In this document: piece after piece, positions 45,383-54,786 of the stretch
Layout: every line of letters starts with the position of its first letter
Numbering within the stretch: position 1 is the first letter of the stretch
DNA from: a virus
Virus record (IMG/VR): IMGVR_UViG_3300045988_180675
Span: 135,478-199,477 of that record
Direction: 5' to 3' (one strand)
Length of the DNA: 64,000 nucleotides
The notes under the pieces: generated by a model
The model's input: only the letters and a program-made list of their open reading frames with translations
Databases searched by the model: none
Told to the model about the DNA's origin: nothing
Translations under genes and position numbers: made by a program

Positions 45383-48300
45383 TTAATTCTCTTCTTCTTT
45401 CTTTCTACGCTTTCCAAATAAGAAGAATAATAGAATGCTGATAATAGCTACAATGCCGATCGCAATCTTTGACCAAATCCCGTTAATGAAACGTGTGAAC
45501 CAATTTGAAGAAACAAGCACTTTGATTTCTTCTGATTCTCCCTGGTTTCCTGCTGCATCTACAGTTACAACTTTTAGTGTCTGCCATTTATCTGATTCAT
45601 GCAAGATATAGGACATGTTTCCATCGTTCTTCGCTACCTCTTTAGCATTGAAGTCTTGTACCTCTTCGCCATTTAGATAAACTTTGGCTGTACCTAGTGC
45701 AATGTTATCTGAAAGCTTAATCCCCACTGTCATTTCCTGATCAGAATATAGTTTTCCGTTTTCAATACCAGTAATGACTGCACTTGGATTTGTCTTGTCA
45801 ATTACAAACTTAACATTCACCTTTTTGATCTGATTTGACTGCTTGTTGCCTGCTTCATCTTCAGAAGAAACAATGATTTCATAAGTTCCTTCTTTTTCGA
45901 ATAGCGAGCTTGGTAACTTGTACTCATATCTATTCCAAGTTTCTTCGTTTGTCTTATTAAGCTTATACTCATTTGCCTTCAAGATCGTTGACTTGCCATC
46001 ATGTAAGACTGTTACCTCCTGTTTGATCAACTTGTTTGGGTTGATCTCATAGAGTGTAATGTCTTGTCCTGACTTGTGATAGATTCCCTCAACAAATGCC
46101 TTACTATCTTTTGATAGTTCGTATGTGGAGCCAAATCTATTCACAGAGAATGTGATCGACTTCGTTGTGGTGTTGTTAGCTTTATCCGTTGCAGTGGCTG
46201 TAAGAGTATATACATCATCATTTTCTTCAATATGTTCAAAATCTGGCAATGTTACTTGAACGCCATTTTGATTGACTAAAACAGAACCACTCACTCTTAC
46301 TTCAGGATGTTTTTGACCTTTTAATGTCAATACAATATTTTCTGCATTAAAATTAACGTCTGTCATTGTTACAACAGGTTGAACAACATCTCGATTCGCT
46401 GAGTTTTCTTCTACACCAGAGAATGTAATCACTGGAGCGACCTTATCAATTGTAAATTGTTCTTTACTAAATGTAGGGGCACTATTTCCAGCTAGATCCA
46501 TTGCATTTAATGTAAAATTGTAATCTCCATCTGCATCAAACGTTAGCGTTGCAGTATGTACATCTCCATTGTGGCTCCAACCACTCAATGTTGGAGAAGC
46601 AATTCCTTGACCATTTAGTGTTGCAATAACAGCTGCGGTCGTAGCTGCTTCATTGAAGTTCTTTTCTGTAACCGTGATCGTAGCAGTTTGCGTTGAATTG
46701 AAGTATTTTCCTTCACTCATTGCTACCGAGATAGATGGCTTTGTTTGATCGATTGTGAATCTATCAGTTTGACCATATTCTGAACGATTTCCAGCCTTAT
46801 CTTCAACTGCAAAATCCAATGTGGCTTTCGTATCATTTGCAAATGTAACGGTTAAGATATTTACATTTTCATCTGAACTATCTGTTCCAACTTGCCAATT
46901 ACTGATCGAAGTGTATCCAACAGTCTTTAAACTAGCAAGTGATGGATCAAAGTTTCTTTCATATACCTTGATTGTCGCTGTACGAGGAGCATTATAATAC
47001 TTTCCGTTTTGCACATTTTGGTTATCATAAGAAATCTCAATTCTTGGTGCAGTTGTGTCGATCTTGTATACAAAATCCTTTTCAACTTTATTTCCAGCAT
47101 AATCTTCACCAGTGATATGAAGAACAACGTTGTTGCTGTTATTCTTGCTGGCATCGATCTTGATATTTCCAGAAATGCCTCTAACCTTGGCTTCTTCATT
47201 TGTGAATTCGCCAGATTGAGTAACCTCACCATTACTTGATACTGTATAGGATAATTTCTTCATACCTGCAAATACGCCGATTCCACCATTGTCTGGATCA
47301 GAAACAGAAACATTTACATCAATATCAGAGTTATATACTTCTTTTTGCTCTTGCTTGATTGTTACGATAGGCTCGTTAGGGTTTGCCTTATCAACAACAA
47401 ATCCGCCATTAGAAGAAATATATGTGATATTCCCTGCCTTATCTGTGATCTTTTGATAAATAACAGCATTTCTATCTGCGGAAATCACGACATCCTCTGT
47501 TACTGGACTCCAATTCATCTTAGAAAAATCTGTAGATGCATTAAATGTTTGTGCCGCATCAGAAGGAGCATCCAGAATTGCATACTCAATCGATTTCACA
47601 CCAGAAATCTCATCTGCTGCATTTAATACAAAGTGTAAGTCATTCATGTGGAATAAATTAAAGATAAATTTCTTTAGACCACTTTGCTTCTCAATATCTT
47701 CTACAGCTTGATAATAATCCTTTTCCTCATTTCCTTGTTTTACTTTGATTGTTCCAGTAGGGGCTGTATTATCAATTGTAAAATAGTATTTTCCAAGCTC
47801 GACTTTATTTCCAGCTTCATCCTGATAAATTGCCTTGATCGCATAATTACCATTGGAAGTAAACTTACCAATATTTAATTTATGTATCGAGTTTTCCGTA
47901 GTCCAAGAACCCTGAGCTGGTTGTGTATAGTTGATCGTTTCTCCAGATGAATTCGTTACAGAAACTTCAATATTAACTCTACTAGAGTCGAATCTATCTT
48001 TAGCTTTTTCTGTCCATCCTTCTGAGTCACCATCAAAATCTTCTACAGAAATTTCTGCATTGACACTGTTAATTGTGTAATATGGGTTCTCTTTATCTTC
48101 TGATAATTCAATTGCCTCGTTATTATCACCTGTTAATTTCATTATGACTTTTGGCTTATTTGTATCAATAACAAAGTCCGTCTTAGCACGAGTTCCTTCC
48201 GTATATTTAACACCACCTGGGTTTGTATAGATACCACCTGTTAAGAAAGATGAATCCCATATATATTGTTCTTTATTAAATTCTATAAACCCATCATCTT

Positions 48301-51109
48301 CACCTAGTTCGAATTGGTAGGTATTAGTTCTTTCATTTGTATACGTTTCTTCATTTTGATCTGCTTGTGAATCAATTCGATCTTGTTTTAATTTAATACC
48401 ATTCACTCGACCATTTTTAATATCTTCAAGATTAAAGAGATGAACCGCCCCAGTCCCAGTTGGAGAATCTTGGAATAATAGTTTAACATCGTTTTCGTTG
48501 AAATTTCTTCCTCTATAAGTAATGTTCATTACTCGTTTTTGGTTGAAGAATTTCTCATTTTCTGGTTCATTTTGAAGATATGTGATCGTCATTTCTCGAT
48601 CAAGCTTATCAACAATGATATTCTTGTATTCTTCTGTTTGAACAACGTTTCCAGCTCTATCAAAAGCTTCAACCTGAATCGAAACATTATTGCTATCAAC
48701 GCTAATATTTCCTTCGATATTGATTACTTTGTTGGACTTCTTGCCACGAGACATATTTTCATCTGTTACTGTCTTTTCATCACTTGAATAAAGCTCATCT
48801 TTTGTTAATGTAAAAGAATTTGTTTTAGGTTCTTCTGATGTGAGTTTTACACCTTTATCCTTGACTGTAACAACGACGTGATCAATACCAGAGCTTTCAT
48901 ATTTTGGTCCATCTTCTATTCTGATGGTATATGGTCTATTACGTCCGAGACTATCTGGATAGAGATTTATAACTGGCGGTGTTGTATCTACTACAATACC
49001 GTTAGATGTGGTAATAACTTCGTTACCAACATTATCGGTCGCTTTAACAAGTACGATATATGTACCTTCTCTTTCGCTACTTATTTCGATATTTCCATCT
49101 GAAGGAAGAGTTTGCCAACCTGATGTGTTTGCTTCTCTAACAATATCAGCTTCCTGGCTATCTTTAGAAGGTGCAGTAACAACTTTGTATTCAACATTTT
49201 TAACGCCACTATCAGCGTCGTTTACATCAACGTGTAATCTGTAGCCATCTTTACCTACAAACTTATTGAATTCTAGCTCGCCATTGTTTGATATCTTGTT
49301 GCCTTTGACATCTGTAAACTTCCCATTATCGAAATTAACTGTAGGCAGTGTTGCATCAACTTTTAATAATCCATCTGGAATTGTCGTTTCACCTGATCTT
49401 GTTGCAGGGCTACTTGTGTTTCCTAGATAGAATTGGTTTGTAACATCTCCAGTTGTTGCGTCATCTTTAATTGATAATGTATTTGAATATGTTCCATCCT
49501 CTTGCTTTACATTGACACTATTAAATAAGCCTTCATTGTCATTTGCTTCAAATTCAACTTCAGCTCCTGGACGAACGTAGGTTGTATTACCAGATTTATA
49601 GACACTGGAATTATCACTATTTTTTACCTTGATCTTGCTTTGAATCTTTTGGTCGTTCATTGTGCTTGCTGTGACATTGATATCAGCACTTGCATCATCT
49701 AAGATCAAGTTCCAATTTCCTACAGAAGCCTGTTTTAAAGATAGTGTAATTGCATTTGTATTATTTCCAACATAATACTTTCCACCTGTGAATGTGGCTT
49801 CTAAATAGTTTTCTACACCATTTTTCTTTAGGAAATCTTTAACATCTTCATCGATATTTAGATTGTCTAGCAAACTGGTTGGGAAATGCCCACTTGATAA
49901 AGACTTCCATTCATTAGAGCCATATTCCACTGTAATGTCCTTAATAGATAAATGGGCATCTTTCTTAGTGATAGTAACATCTGGACCACTTGTGAAAGAC
50001 TCGGTAAAAGAATACTTATCAGAACCTGTAACATTAATATCGGACAATGTTGCATGATGATTTCCGACTTCTTTTCCATCGAGAGTTGCTGTTGCAGTAA
50101 TGTCAATATGATCAGATCCAACAATTCCCTTTGCTGCCTTTACATGTCCATTTAATTGCAACTGATTGTTATCATCATATACCTTCTGGACGGTATCCCA
50201 TTCAATATCCTGTGATGTGATCGTTCCAAGATTCTTCTTGTTGACATTTATCCTTACAGATACCTCTGTAGCTTTATAACGAGGTGTATCTTCCGTTTTC
50301 ACATTGATTACGGTCTCACCAACACCATTCACTACGACATCGTTTCCATTAATAGATACACTGTTTCCAGATGTAACCGTATATGTGACAGAACCAGTAT
50401 AATCACTCGGTAGGTCTACCAATGTGTTTTTAGCGAAACTTGCATCTCCATAAACCTTTTCCTGATCATGTTTGACCATTGGTACATCGACCTTTTGATA
50501 GCGGGCAAGTGTTTTTGTTGTATTTGCGTCTGTTAACACAAATTCGCCTTCTGCATCTGGAGAATCTGCAATATTAAGTCTATACTTAATGATTTTGTTC
50601 ATTTCCTGACCAGAAAAATCAAAAGAACCATTTGCATAAGGAATTGTTAATGCATTTCCTTTGCTATCTGTAAATTGAATATCTGTGTCTGCAATGACAT
50701 TACCAGTATCGAAGTTGAAAGCAATCTTTCCGCCCGTCTTAGTTGCGGACACGAAATTTTCTTTAATCGTATCCCCAAACTTGAACTGTCCTTCGATCGG
50801 CTTTGAACCTGCATTTGTTAAGCGATAATAGAACACATCATTACTATCATGCGTTTCTGCAATATTGATATAGTCCTTTTCATCTTCATTTGACAACGTG
50901 AAAGCAACAGGAGTCGTACGTCCTGCATCTTTGAATAATTGTATATCTGTTGTTGTTAAGTGGAGCTTGGTTGATCCACTTGTAATACTCATCTGGCTTT
51001 TACCGTTTGTTCTAGTTTCAGCATTTACAAGTAATACACTTGGGTTAGCTGTAGAAATAACCGTCATCCCAGCCAGTGCCGTAGCGATAATTCGTTTTGA
51101 TCGAGTCAT
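45383..51109 (-). CDS. giant Ig-like-repeat surface protein (1908 aa) with C-terminal TM anchor
   Basis: Signal peptide followed by a long series of beta-rich repeats (recurring ...D.AGN.... / ...TAP.I... / ...DKT.P... boundaries typical of bacterial Ig-like domains). C-terminal TM plus KRRKKEEEN. No LPXTG. Confidence 0.75.
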   Translation of the reverse strand: MTRSKRIIATALAGMTVISTANPSVLLVNAETRTNGKSQMSITSGSTKLHLTTTDIQLFKDAGRTTPVAFTLSNEDEKDYINIAETHDSNDVFYYRLTNAGSKPIEGQFKFGDTIKENFVSATKTGGKIAFNFDTGNVIADTDIQFTDSKGNALTIPYANGSFDFSGQEMNKIIKYRLNIADSPDAEGEFVLTDANTTKTLARYQKVDVPMVKHDQEKVYGDASFAKNTLVDLPSDYTGSVTYTVTSGNSVSINGNDVVVNGVGETVINVKTEDTPRYKATEVSVRINVNKKNLGTITSQDIEWDTVQKVYDDNNQLQLNGHVKAAKGIVGSDHIDITATATLDGKEVGNHHATLSDINVTGSDKYSFTESFTSGPDVTITKKDAHLSIKDITVEYGSNEWKSLSSGHFPTSLLDNLNIDEDVKDFLKKNGVENYLEATFTGGKYYVGNNTNAITLSLKQASVGNWNLILDDASADINVTASTMNDQKIQSKIKVKNSDNSSVYKSGNTTYVRPGAEVEFEANDNEGLFNSVNVKQEDGTYSNTLSIKDDATTGDVTNQFYLGNTSSPATRSGETTIPDGLLKVDATLPTVNFDNGKFTDVKGNKISNNGELEFNKFVGKDGYRLHVDVNDADSGVKNVEYKVVTAPSKDSQEADIVREANTSGWQTLPSDGNIEISSEREGTYIVLVKATDNVGNEVITTSNGIVVDTTPPVINLYPDSLGRNRPYTIRIEDGPKYESSGIDHVVVTVKDKGVKLTSEEPKTNSFTLTKDELYSSDEKTVTDENMSRGKKSNKVINIEGNISVDSNNVSIQVEAFDRAGNVVQTEEYKNIIVDKLDREMTITYLQNEPENEKFFNQKRVMNITYRGRNFNENDVKLLFQDSPTGTGAVHLFNLEDIKNGRVNGIKLKQDRIDSQADQNEETYTNERTNTYQFELGEDDGFIEFNKEQYIWDSSFLTGGIYTNPGGVKYTEGTRAKTDFVIDTNKPKVIMKLTGDNNEAIELSEDKENPYYTINSVNAEISVEDFDGDSEGWTEKAKDRFDSSRVNIEVSVTNSSGETINYTQPAQGSWTTENSIHKLNIGKFTSNGNYAIKAIYQDEAGNKVELGKYYFTIDNTAPTGTIKVKQGNEEKDYYQAVEDIEKQSGLKKFIFNLFHMNDLHFVLNAADEISGVKSIEYAILDAPSDAAQTFNASTDFSKMNWSPVTEDVVISADRNAVIYQKITDKAGNITYISSNGGFVVDKANPNEPIVTIKQEQKEVYNSDIDVNVSVSDPDNGGIGVFAGMKKLSYTVSSNGEVTQSGEFTNEEAKVRGISGNIKIDASKNNSNNVVLHITGEDYAGNKVEKDFVYKIDTTAPRIEISYDNQNVQNGKYYNAPRTATIKVYERNFDPSLASLKTVGYTSISNWQVGTDSSDENVNILTVTFANDTKATLDFAVEDKAGNRSEYGQTDRFTIDQTKPSISVAMSEGKYFNSTQTATITVTEKNFNEAATTAAVIATLNGQGIASPTLSGWSHNGDVHTATLTFDADGDYNFTLNAMDLAGNSAPTFSKEQFTIDKVAPVITFSGVEENSANRDVVQPVVTMTDVNFNAENIVLTLKGQKHPEVRVSGSVLVNQNGVQVTLPDFEHIEENDDVYTLTATATDKANNTTTKSITFSVNRFGSTYELSKDSKAFVEGIYHKSGQDITLYEINPNKLIKQEVTVLHDGKSTILKANEYKLNKTNEETWNRYEYKLPSSLFEKEGTYEIIVSSEDEAGNKQSNQIKKVNVKFVIDKTNPSAVITGIENGKLYSDQEMTVGIKLSDNIALGTAKVYLNGEEVQDFNAKEVAKNDGNMSYILHESDKWQTLKVVTVDAAGNQGESEEIKVLVSSNWFTRFINGIWSKIAIGIVAIISILLFFLFGKRRKKEEEN

Positions 51110-51136
51110 TTAACCGACCTCCTTTTTCTTACATCT

Positions 51137-51149
51137 TATATTATGCTAT
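51137..51149 (-). promoter_or_regulatory. Box-1, exact copy
   Basis: Exact 13-mer, 27 nt upstream of the ATG at 51109. The extended identity AAAAATAGCATAATATAAGATGTA is shared with the copy at 4907. Confidence 0.6.
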
Positions 51150-51182
51150 TTTTATAGAAAATTGAGAACAAAAAAAGATGGG

Positions 51183-54107
51183 TTAATCCATCTTTTCTTT
51201 TTTGTATAACAATACCATATATCCAACGATAGCAAACAAGGATGATAAACATAGGAATGTGAATCCATACATCGCTGCACCAGTGTCTGCTGGCTTGCTA
51301 CTTGGCTTGTTAGCTGTATTGTACTTCTTTGCAAAATCTAGTTCGTGATTTGCCTCGTATTTGACATAGATTATCATGTCATCGTTTACGACTTCTTCGA
51401 ATGTAACAGGATCTGTCATCGCTGCATCCTTGTAGAACCCGATAAAATCATATCCATTAATTTTGATGCCAGAAAACCTTGGCAGAACTTCTCCAAATGT
51501 AACATCAAACTCATTGTATCTTGGACCATCTGCAATATTTGCAATGAAGGAAATATGTCCAGATGTCTTATTCGTTTCGACACGTACATCTAATGAAGCT
51601 TCCTTCTTCGTGATGTCATATTCTACTGTTCCTACGATATGCATTCCATCTGGAGCAGTTAGATCTTGGTTTGTGATCTTATCACCAATATTCTTCTTTA
51701 AATCTTCTTGTTTAACGATGTTTTCATCTTTATCTTTATAAATGATTTTAACGACAGCATCGCTAGATTCGTTTTCTTCTACAGTTCTTTCGATCTTGTC
51801 ATCTTTTCCTGTAACAGTGTACTCATCGAACTTGTCAACAAAGTGCATTCCGTCTGGAGTAGATGGTAGTTCTGATTCTTTGATGTTGCTACCAATCTTT
51901 TTCTTTAATTCTTCAGCCTTAATTTCTTTGCCATTCTTGTCCTTGTAGACAACCTTAACTGTTACCTCGTTATAATCAACTGCTCTTTCAATTTTGTTGT
52001 CTTTTTCAGTAACGGTATAATCTGTTGGATCACCAATAAAATGTGTTCCATCTGGTGCAGTCAGATCGTTATCTGTTACCTTTTCGCCGACCTTCCTTGC
52101 AACATCTTCTTCTTTTACAACTTTTCCATCTGAATCCTTATAGATAACGTGTACAATTACTTGTGTTGCTGTGTCATCGTCTACAAGTCTTGTGATTTGG
52201 TCATTCTTTCCTGTTACAGTGTAGCCTGTAAATTCATCAATGAAGTGCATGTTGCTTGGTAAGGCAGGTAAATCTTCGCTTGTTACAACATCCTTGACCT
52301 TCTTGGTGATAACTTCTGTCTTTACAACATCTTCACCTTTCTTATAGATGACGCCAATTTCTACTGTGTTGTATTCGATCAATGCTACGAACTTGTTGTC
52401 ATCTTCGTTTTCGGACACTGTATGATTCACCTCTTCTGCTAAATGAGTTCCTTCTGGAGCATGTAAGTCATCATTTGTGATCTTAGAGCCGATCGGTTTT
52501 ACAATTTCCTCTGTTCCAGCAGTAATACCATTTGCGTCATTGTAAGTGATGAATGATTTAGCGGTATTCATTGCTAGTGTGCGTTCAATCTTATTGACGC
52601 CATCAACCACTTTATAGCTTACGAATTCATCTGTAAAATGCATGTTTGGTAGGGCTGGGGGAAGATCTGATTCTTTGATAACCTGGTTTGTATCAAACTC
52701 AAAATCTTGGGCAAATGCTTGGCTTCCGTCTTCTAGTTTATATACAACTGAAACCATTGCCTTTCTTTCTGCTGGAGAAACAGGAGTATTTCGTTTTACA
52801 ATACGAACAATTTCGTTGTTGTTGTCTGTGATCGTGTATGTAGAGAATGTATCCTTAAATTCTAAGTTGCTTTGTAGTTTAGGTAGATCGGACTCTTTAA
52901 TAACACTATTTGGTAACTCCCATTGTGTCTTTTCTAATATAGTTTCGCCATCTTCATATTTATAGAGAATGTGCAACTGTTTCTTGTCATCAAGCGTCAA
53001 CTCAATATCTTCTCCACGAGTTCGTCCTGCTGGAAATTCATTTTCTACAATATAGTAACTTCTGTTTTTATCAAAATTTGCTCTATTTAAGATGCCAGCT
53101 TCTGAATATGTAGTAATATCCGCAGATAGTGTGTCTTTTGTTGCAAGGCGGTAATCGTTTTCCATTGGTCCATTAAATACCTTTAATGCCTTGTTATCTT
53201 CGATTTTTTCTTTTGACATTACAGATGAGAATTCTGAATTGTTTATAAATTCATCTGTAAAATCACGATGGTCTTTCCAACGGTATGTGATCTTAGCAAA
53301 TGATGGAGTTTGCTTCCATGGTTTTAGTAGTCCTCTATCATTGTGATCTTCATCTCCAAAATATCCGAATCTGATTTGAGGGATGTTCCAACCTGCTCTA
53401 ATTGGGAATGTTGTATGCACGCCCTTTTTATCAAATTGTAACAATTCGAAAGATGGGTTGGATGCCTTCAGATTATCGTTCCAAACCTTTAACTCTGGAT
53501 TCGCTTCGTAAATAGCGGCTCTGATTTGCTCCTTATCATAATTTGTTACATCTTCTAGTCTGAATGCTTCACTACTGTTTTCTAGTGAGTACAATCTGAT
53601 ATTACGATTGACCTTAATGATGTTATAAGAGATTATATTTGCTGCTCTGTTTCCAGTAGTGGTCTTAACAACATTTTCTCCATATTGTAAGAAGTAGTCG
53701 TTATACTTTTCTTGTGCTGGTACGATTGATGCACGATATGCAAAAGTATTGCCGTCTGGGTTTTCTTCGATTTGGACCTCTGGAGTTGTAAATTCGTAAT
53801 TTTTGTTTCCTACAGTTTGATTCAGCTCTGCATTATCACTAATGTAAGTTTTGGAAATAGTCTTAGACTGATTACCAATTGAATATTCAAACTTAAACCC
53901 GATGTTTCCGTCTGCAAAATATTTTGCAAATTCGGTGTTCTCGTCTGAACCTTCATTTTTTTCTTTGAAAAGAAATACCGTTTGATGGGACGTTGTTTCT
54001 TCTTCAGCATGTACATTTGTGATACTTGGAATGATGCTTGATGTAGACATTAGACCAGCCAGAATTACAGTCGTTAGTCTATTTTTTAAATTCTTTTTTG
54101 TGAACAT
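51183..54107 (-). CDS. repeat-rich surface protein (974 aa after start trimming) with sorting signal PADTG
   Basis: The start is trimmed to MFTKKNLKN (SD AAAGGAG, 7 nt spacing), because the longer ORF would run over Box-1. Signal peptide, seven roughly 66-70-aa repeats (V.YKD..G..VK.E.L.K.[IV]G.K.T..DL.AP[DE]G[MT]H...Y.VT.KD.KIER.V), then PADTG plus TM plus KKEK. Confidence 0.8.
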   Translation of the reverse strand: MFTKKNLKNRLTTVILAGLMSTSSIIPSITNVHAEEETTSHQTVFLFKEKNEGSDENTEFAKYFADGNIGFKFEYSIGNQSKTISKTYISDNAELNQTVGNKNYEFTTPEVQIEENPDGNTFAYRASIVPAQEKYNDYFLQYGENVVKTTTGNRAANIISYNIIKVNRNIRLYSLENSSEAFRLEDVTNYDKEQIRAAIYEANPELKVWNDNLKASNPSFELLQFDKKGVHTTFPIRAGWNIPQIRFGYFGDEDHNDRGLLKPWKQTPSFAKITYRWKDHRDFTDEFINNSEFSSVMSKEKIEDNKALKVFNGPMENDYRLATKDTLSADITTYSEAGILNRANFDKNRSYYIVENEFPAGRTRGEDIELTLDDKKQLHILYKYEDGETILEKTQWELPNSVIKESDLPKLQSNLEFKDTFSTYTITDNNNEIVRIVKRNTPVSPAERKAMVSVVYKLEDGSQAFAQDFEFDTNQVIKESDLPPALPNMHFTDEFVSYKVVDGVNKIERTLAMNTAKSFITYNDANGITAGTEEIVKPIGSKITNDDLHAPEGTHLAEEVNHTVSENEDDNKFVALIEYNTVEIGVIYKKGEDVVKTEVITKKVKDVVTSEDLPALPSNMHFIDEFTGYTVTGKNDQITRLVDDDTATQVIVHVIYKDSDGKVVKEEDVARKVGEKVTDNDLTAPDGTHFIGDPTDYTVTEKDNKIERAVDYNEVTVKVVYKDKNGKEIKAEELKKKIGSNIKESELPSTPDGMHFVDKFDEYTVTGKDDKIERTVEENESSDAVVKIIYKDKDENIVKQEDLKKNIGDKITNQDLTAPDGMHIVGTVEYDITKKEASLDVRVETNKTSGHISFIANIADGPRYNEFDVTFGEVLPRFSGIKINGYDFIGFYKDAAMTDPVTFEEVVNDDMIIYVKYEANHELDFAKKYNTANKPSSKPADTGAAMYGFTFLCLSSLFAIVGYMVLLYKKEKMD
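51575..52990 (-). repeat. seven tandem coding repeats of about 200 bp
   Basis: Repeated peptide modules read in the ORF translation. Confidence 0.6.
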
Positions 54108-54132
54108 TGCTTTACTCCTTTCACTAGTCTTA

Positions 54133-54145
54133 TATATTATGCTAT
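54133..54145 (-). promoter_or_regulatory. Box-1, exact copy
   Basis: Exact 13-mer, 25 nt upstream of the ATG at 54107 and after terminator 54151..54178. Confidence 0.6.
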
Positions 54146-54150
54146 ATTTC

Positions 54151-54178
54151 AAAAAGAAAAGAAGGCTTTTTCGCCTTC
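54151..54178 (-). terminator. Rho-independent terminator closing the kinase cassette
   Basis: Stem gaaggc/gccttc (54161..54166 / 54173..54178) plus a T-run on the minus strand. Confidence 0.7.
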
Positions 54179-54181
54179 TTT

Positions 54182-54781
54182 TTAATTGGCGTTATAAAAT
54201 TCTTCGTCATCGACAACAAATTGGCGTGTCTTCTTGAGTGTTTCTTGTTTTTCTTCACTTCCTTTTGTCTTGAAGGAATCAGCAATATTATTCGTACCAA
54301 GGAATCCTGTCTCATCATCATCCGTGGCTGCTAGAGCGGTTGTTTCTGCTTCACCAAGTTCTCCAGTAGGAGCTTGATTTGCATCCAATAAAGAAGTTTC
54401 CTCTTCTCCTGTAGACAGCATTGTTGTTTCGGTGTTACCACTATCCAATAAAGAGGTTTCTTCTTTCCCACTTTCTAAAGGAATCGGTTCTTTCTGTTCT
54501 TTCTTTATACCTTTTTCTTGAATTGACTTCTTAATGTTTTCTACACGTTTAGAAAGTTCTGCGGAAGAGGAATTTGCATGAGGTTCATTTTTAATTTTTT
54601 GCACTTTCTTCTCTTCCTTTTTTATTCTGCGACTAAAGTTTTTGTCTCGTTGCTTTAAAAGGGCTTTGTAGCCCCATGGCTTCAAAATAAACCCAACGGC
54701 AATAAAAATGATAACAAGCAGCACTCCGATAATCAAACACCAGAATCCGATTATTTTTAATAAGTTTACGGTTTTTAACAT
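54182..54781 (-). CDS. bitopic membrane protein with five cytoplasmic E-T-[ST]-x-L threonine repeats (candidate kinase substrate / FHA ligand)
   Basis: N-terminal TM followed by a basic stretch, then KEETSLLD, NTETTMLS, EEETSLLD, EAETTALA and DDETGFLG within about 55 aa. Confidence 0.7.
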   Translation of the reverse strand: MLKTVNLLKIIGFWCLIIGVLLVIIFIAVGFILKPWGYKALLKQRDKNFSRRIKKEEKKVQKIKNEPHANSSSAELSKRVENIKKSIQEKGIKKEQKEPIPLESGKEETSLLDSGNTETTMLSTGEEETSLLDANQAPTGELGEAETTALAATDDDETGFLGTNNIADSFKTKGSEEKQETLKKTRQFVVDDEEFYNAN

Positions 54782-54786
54782 ATTCT

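Noticed and set aside
51152-51334. A 60-aa minus-strand ORF overlapping the end of gene 51183..54152.
   Set aside because: It is an alternative frame of the C-terminal anchor region and terminator, with no SD.
54108-54152. The longer N-terminus (MKYSIIYKTSERSKA...) of ORF 51183..54152.
   Set aside because: It would run across Box-1 at 54133..54145 and lacks an SD. The internal ATG at 54107 has AAAGGAG at ideal spacing and starts a typical signal peptide.
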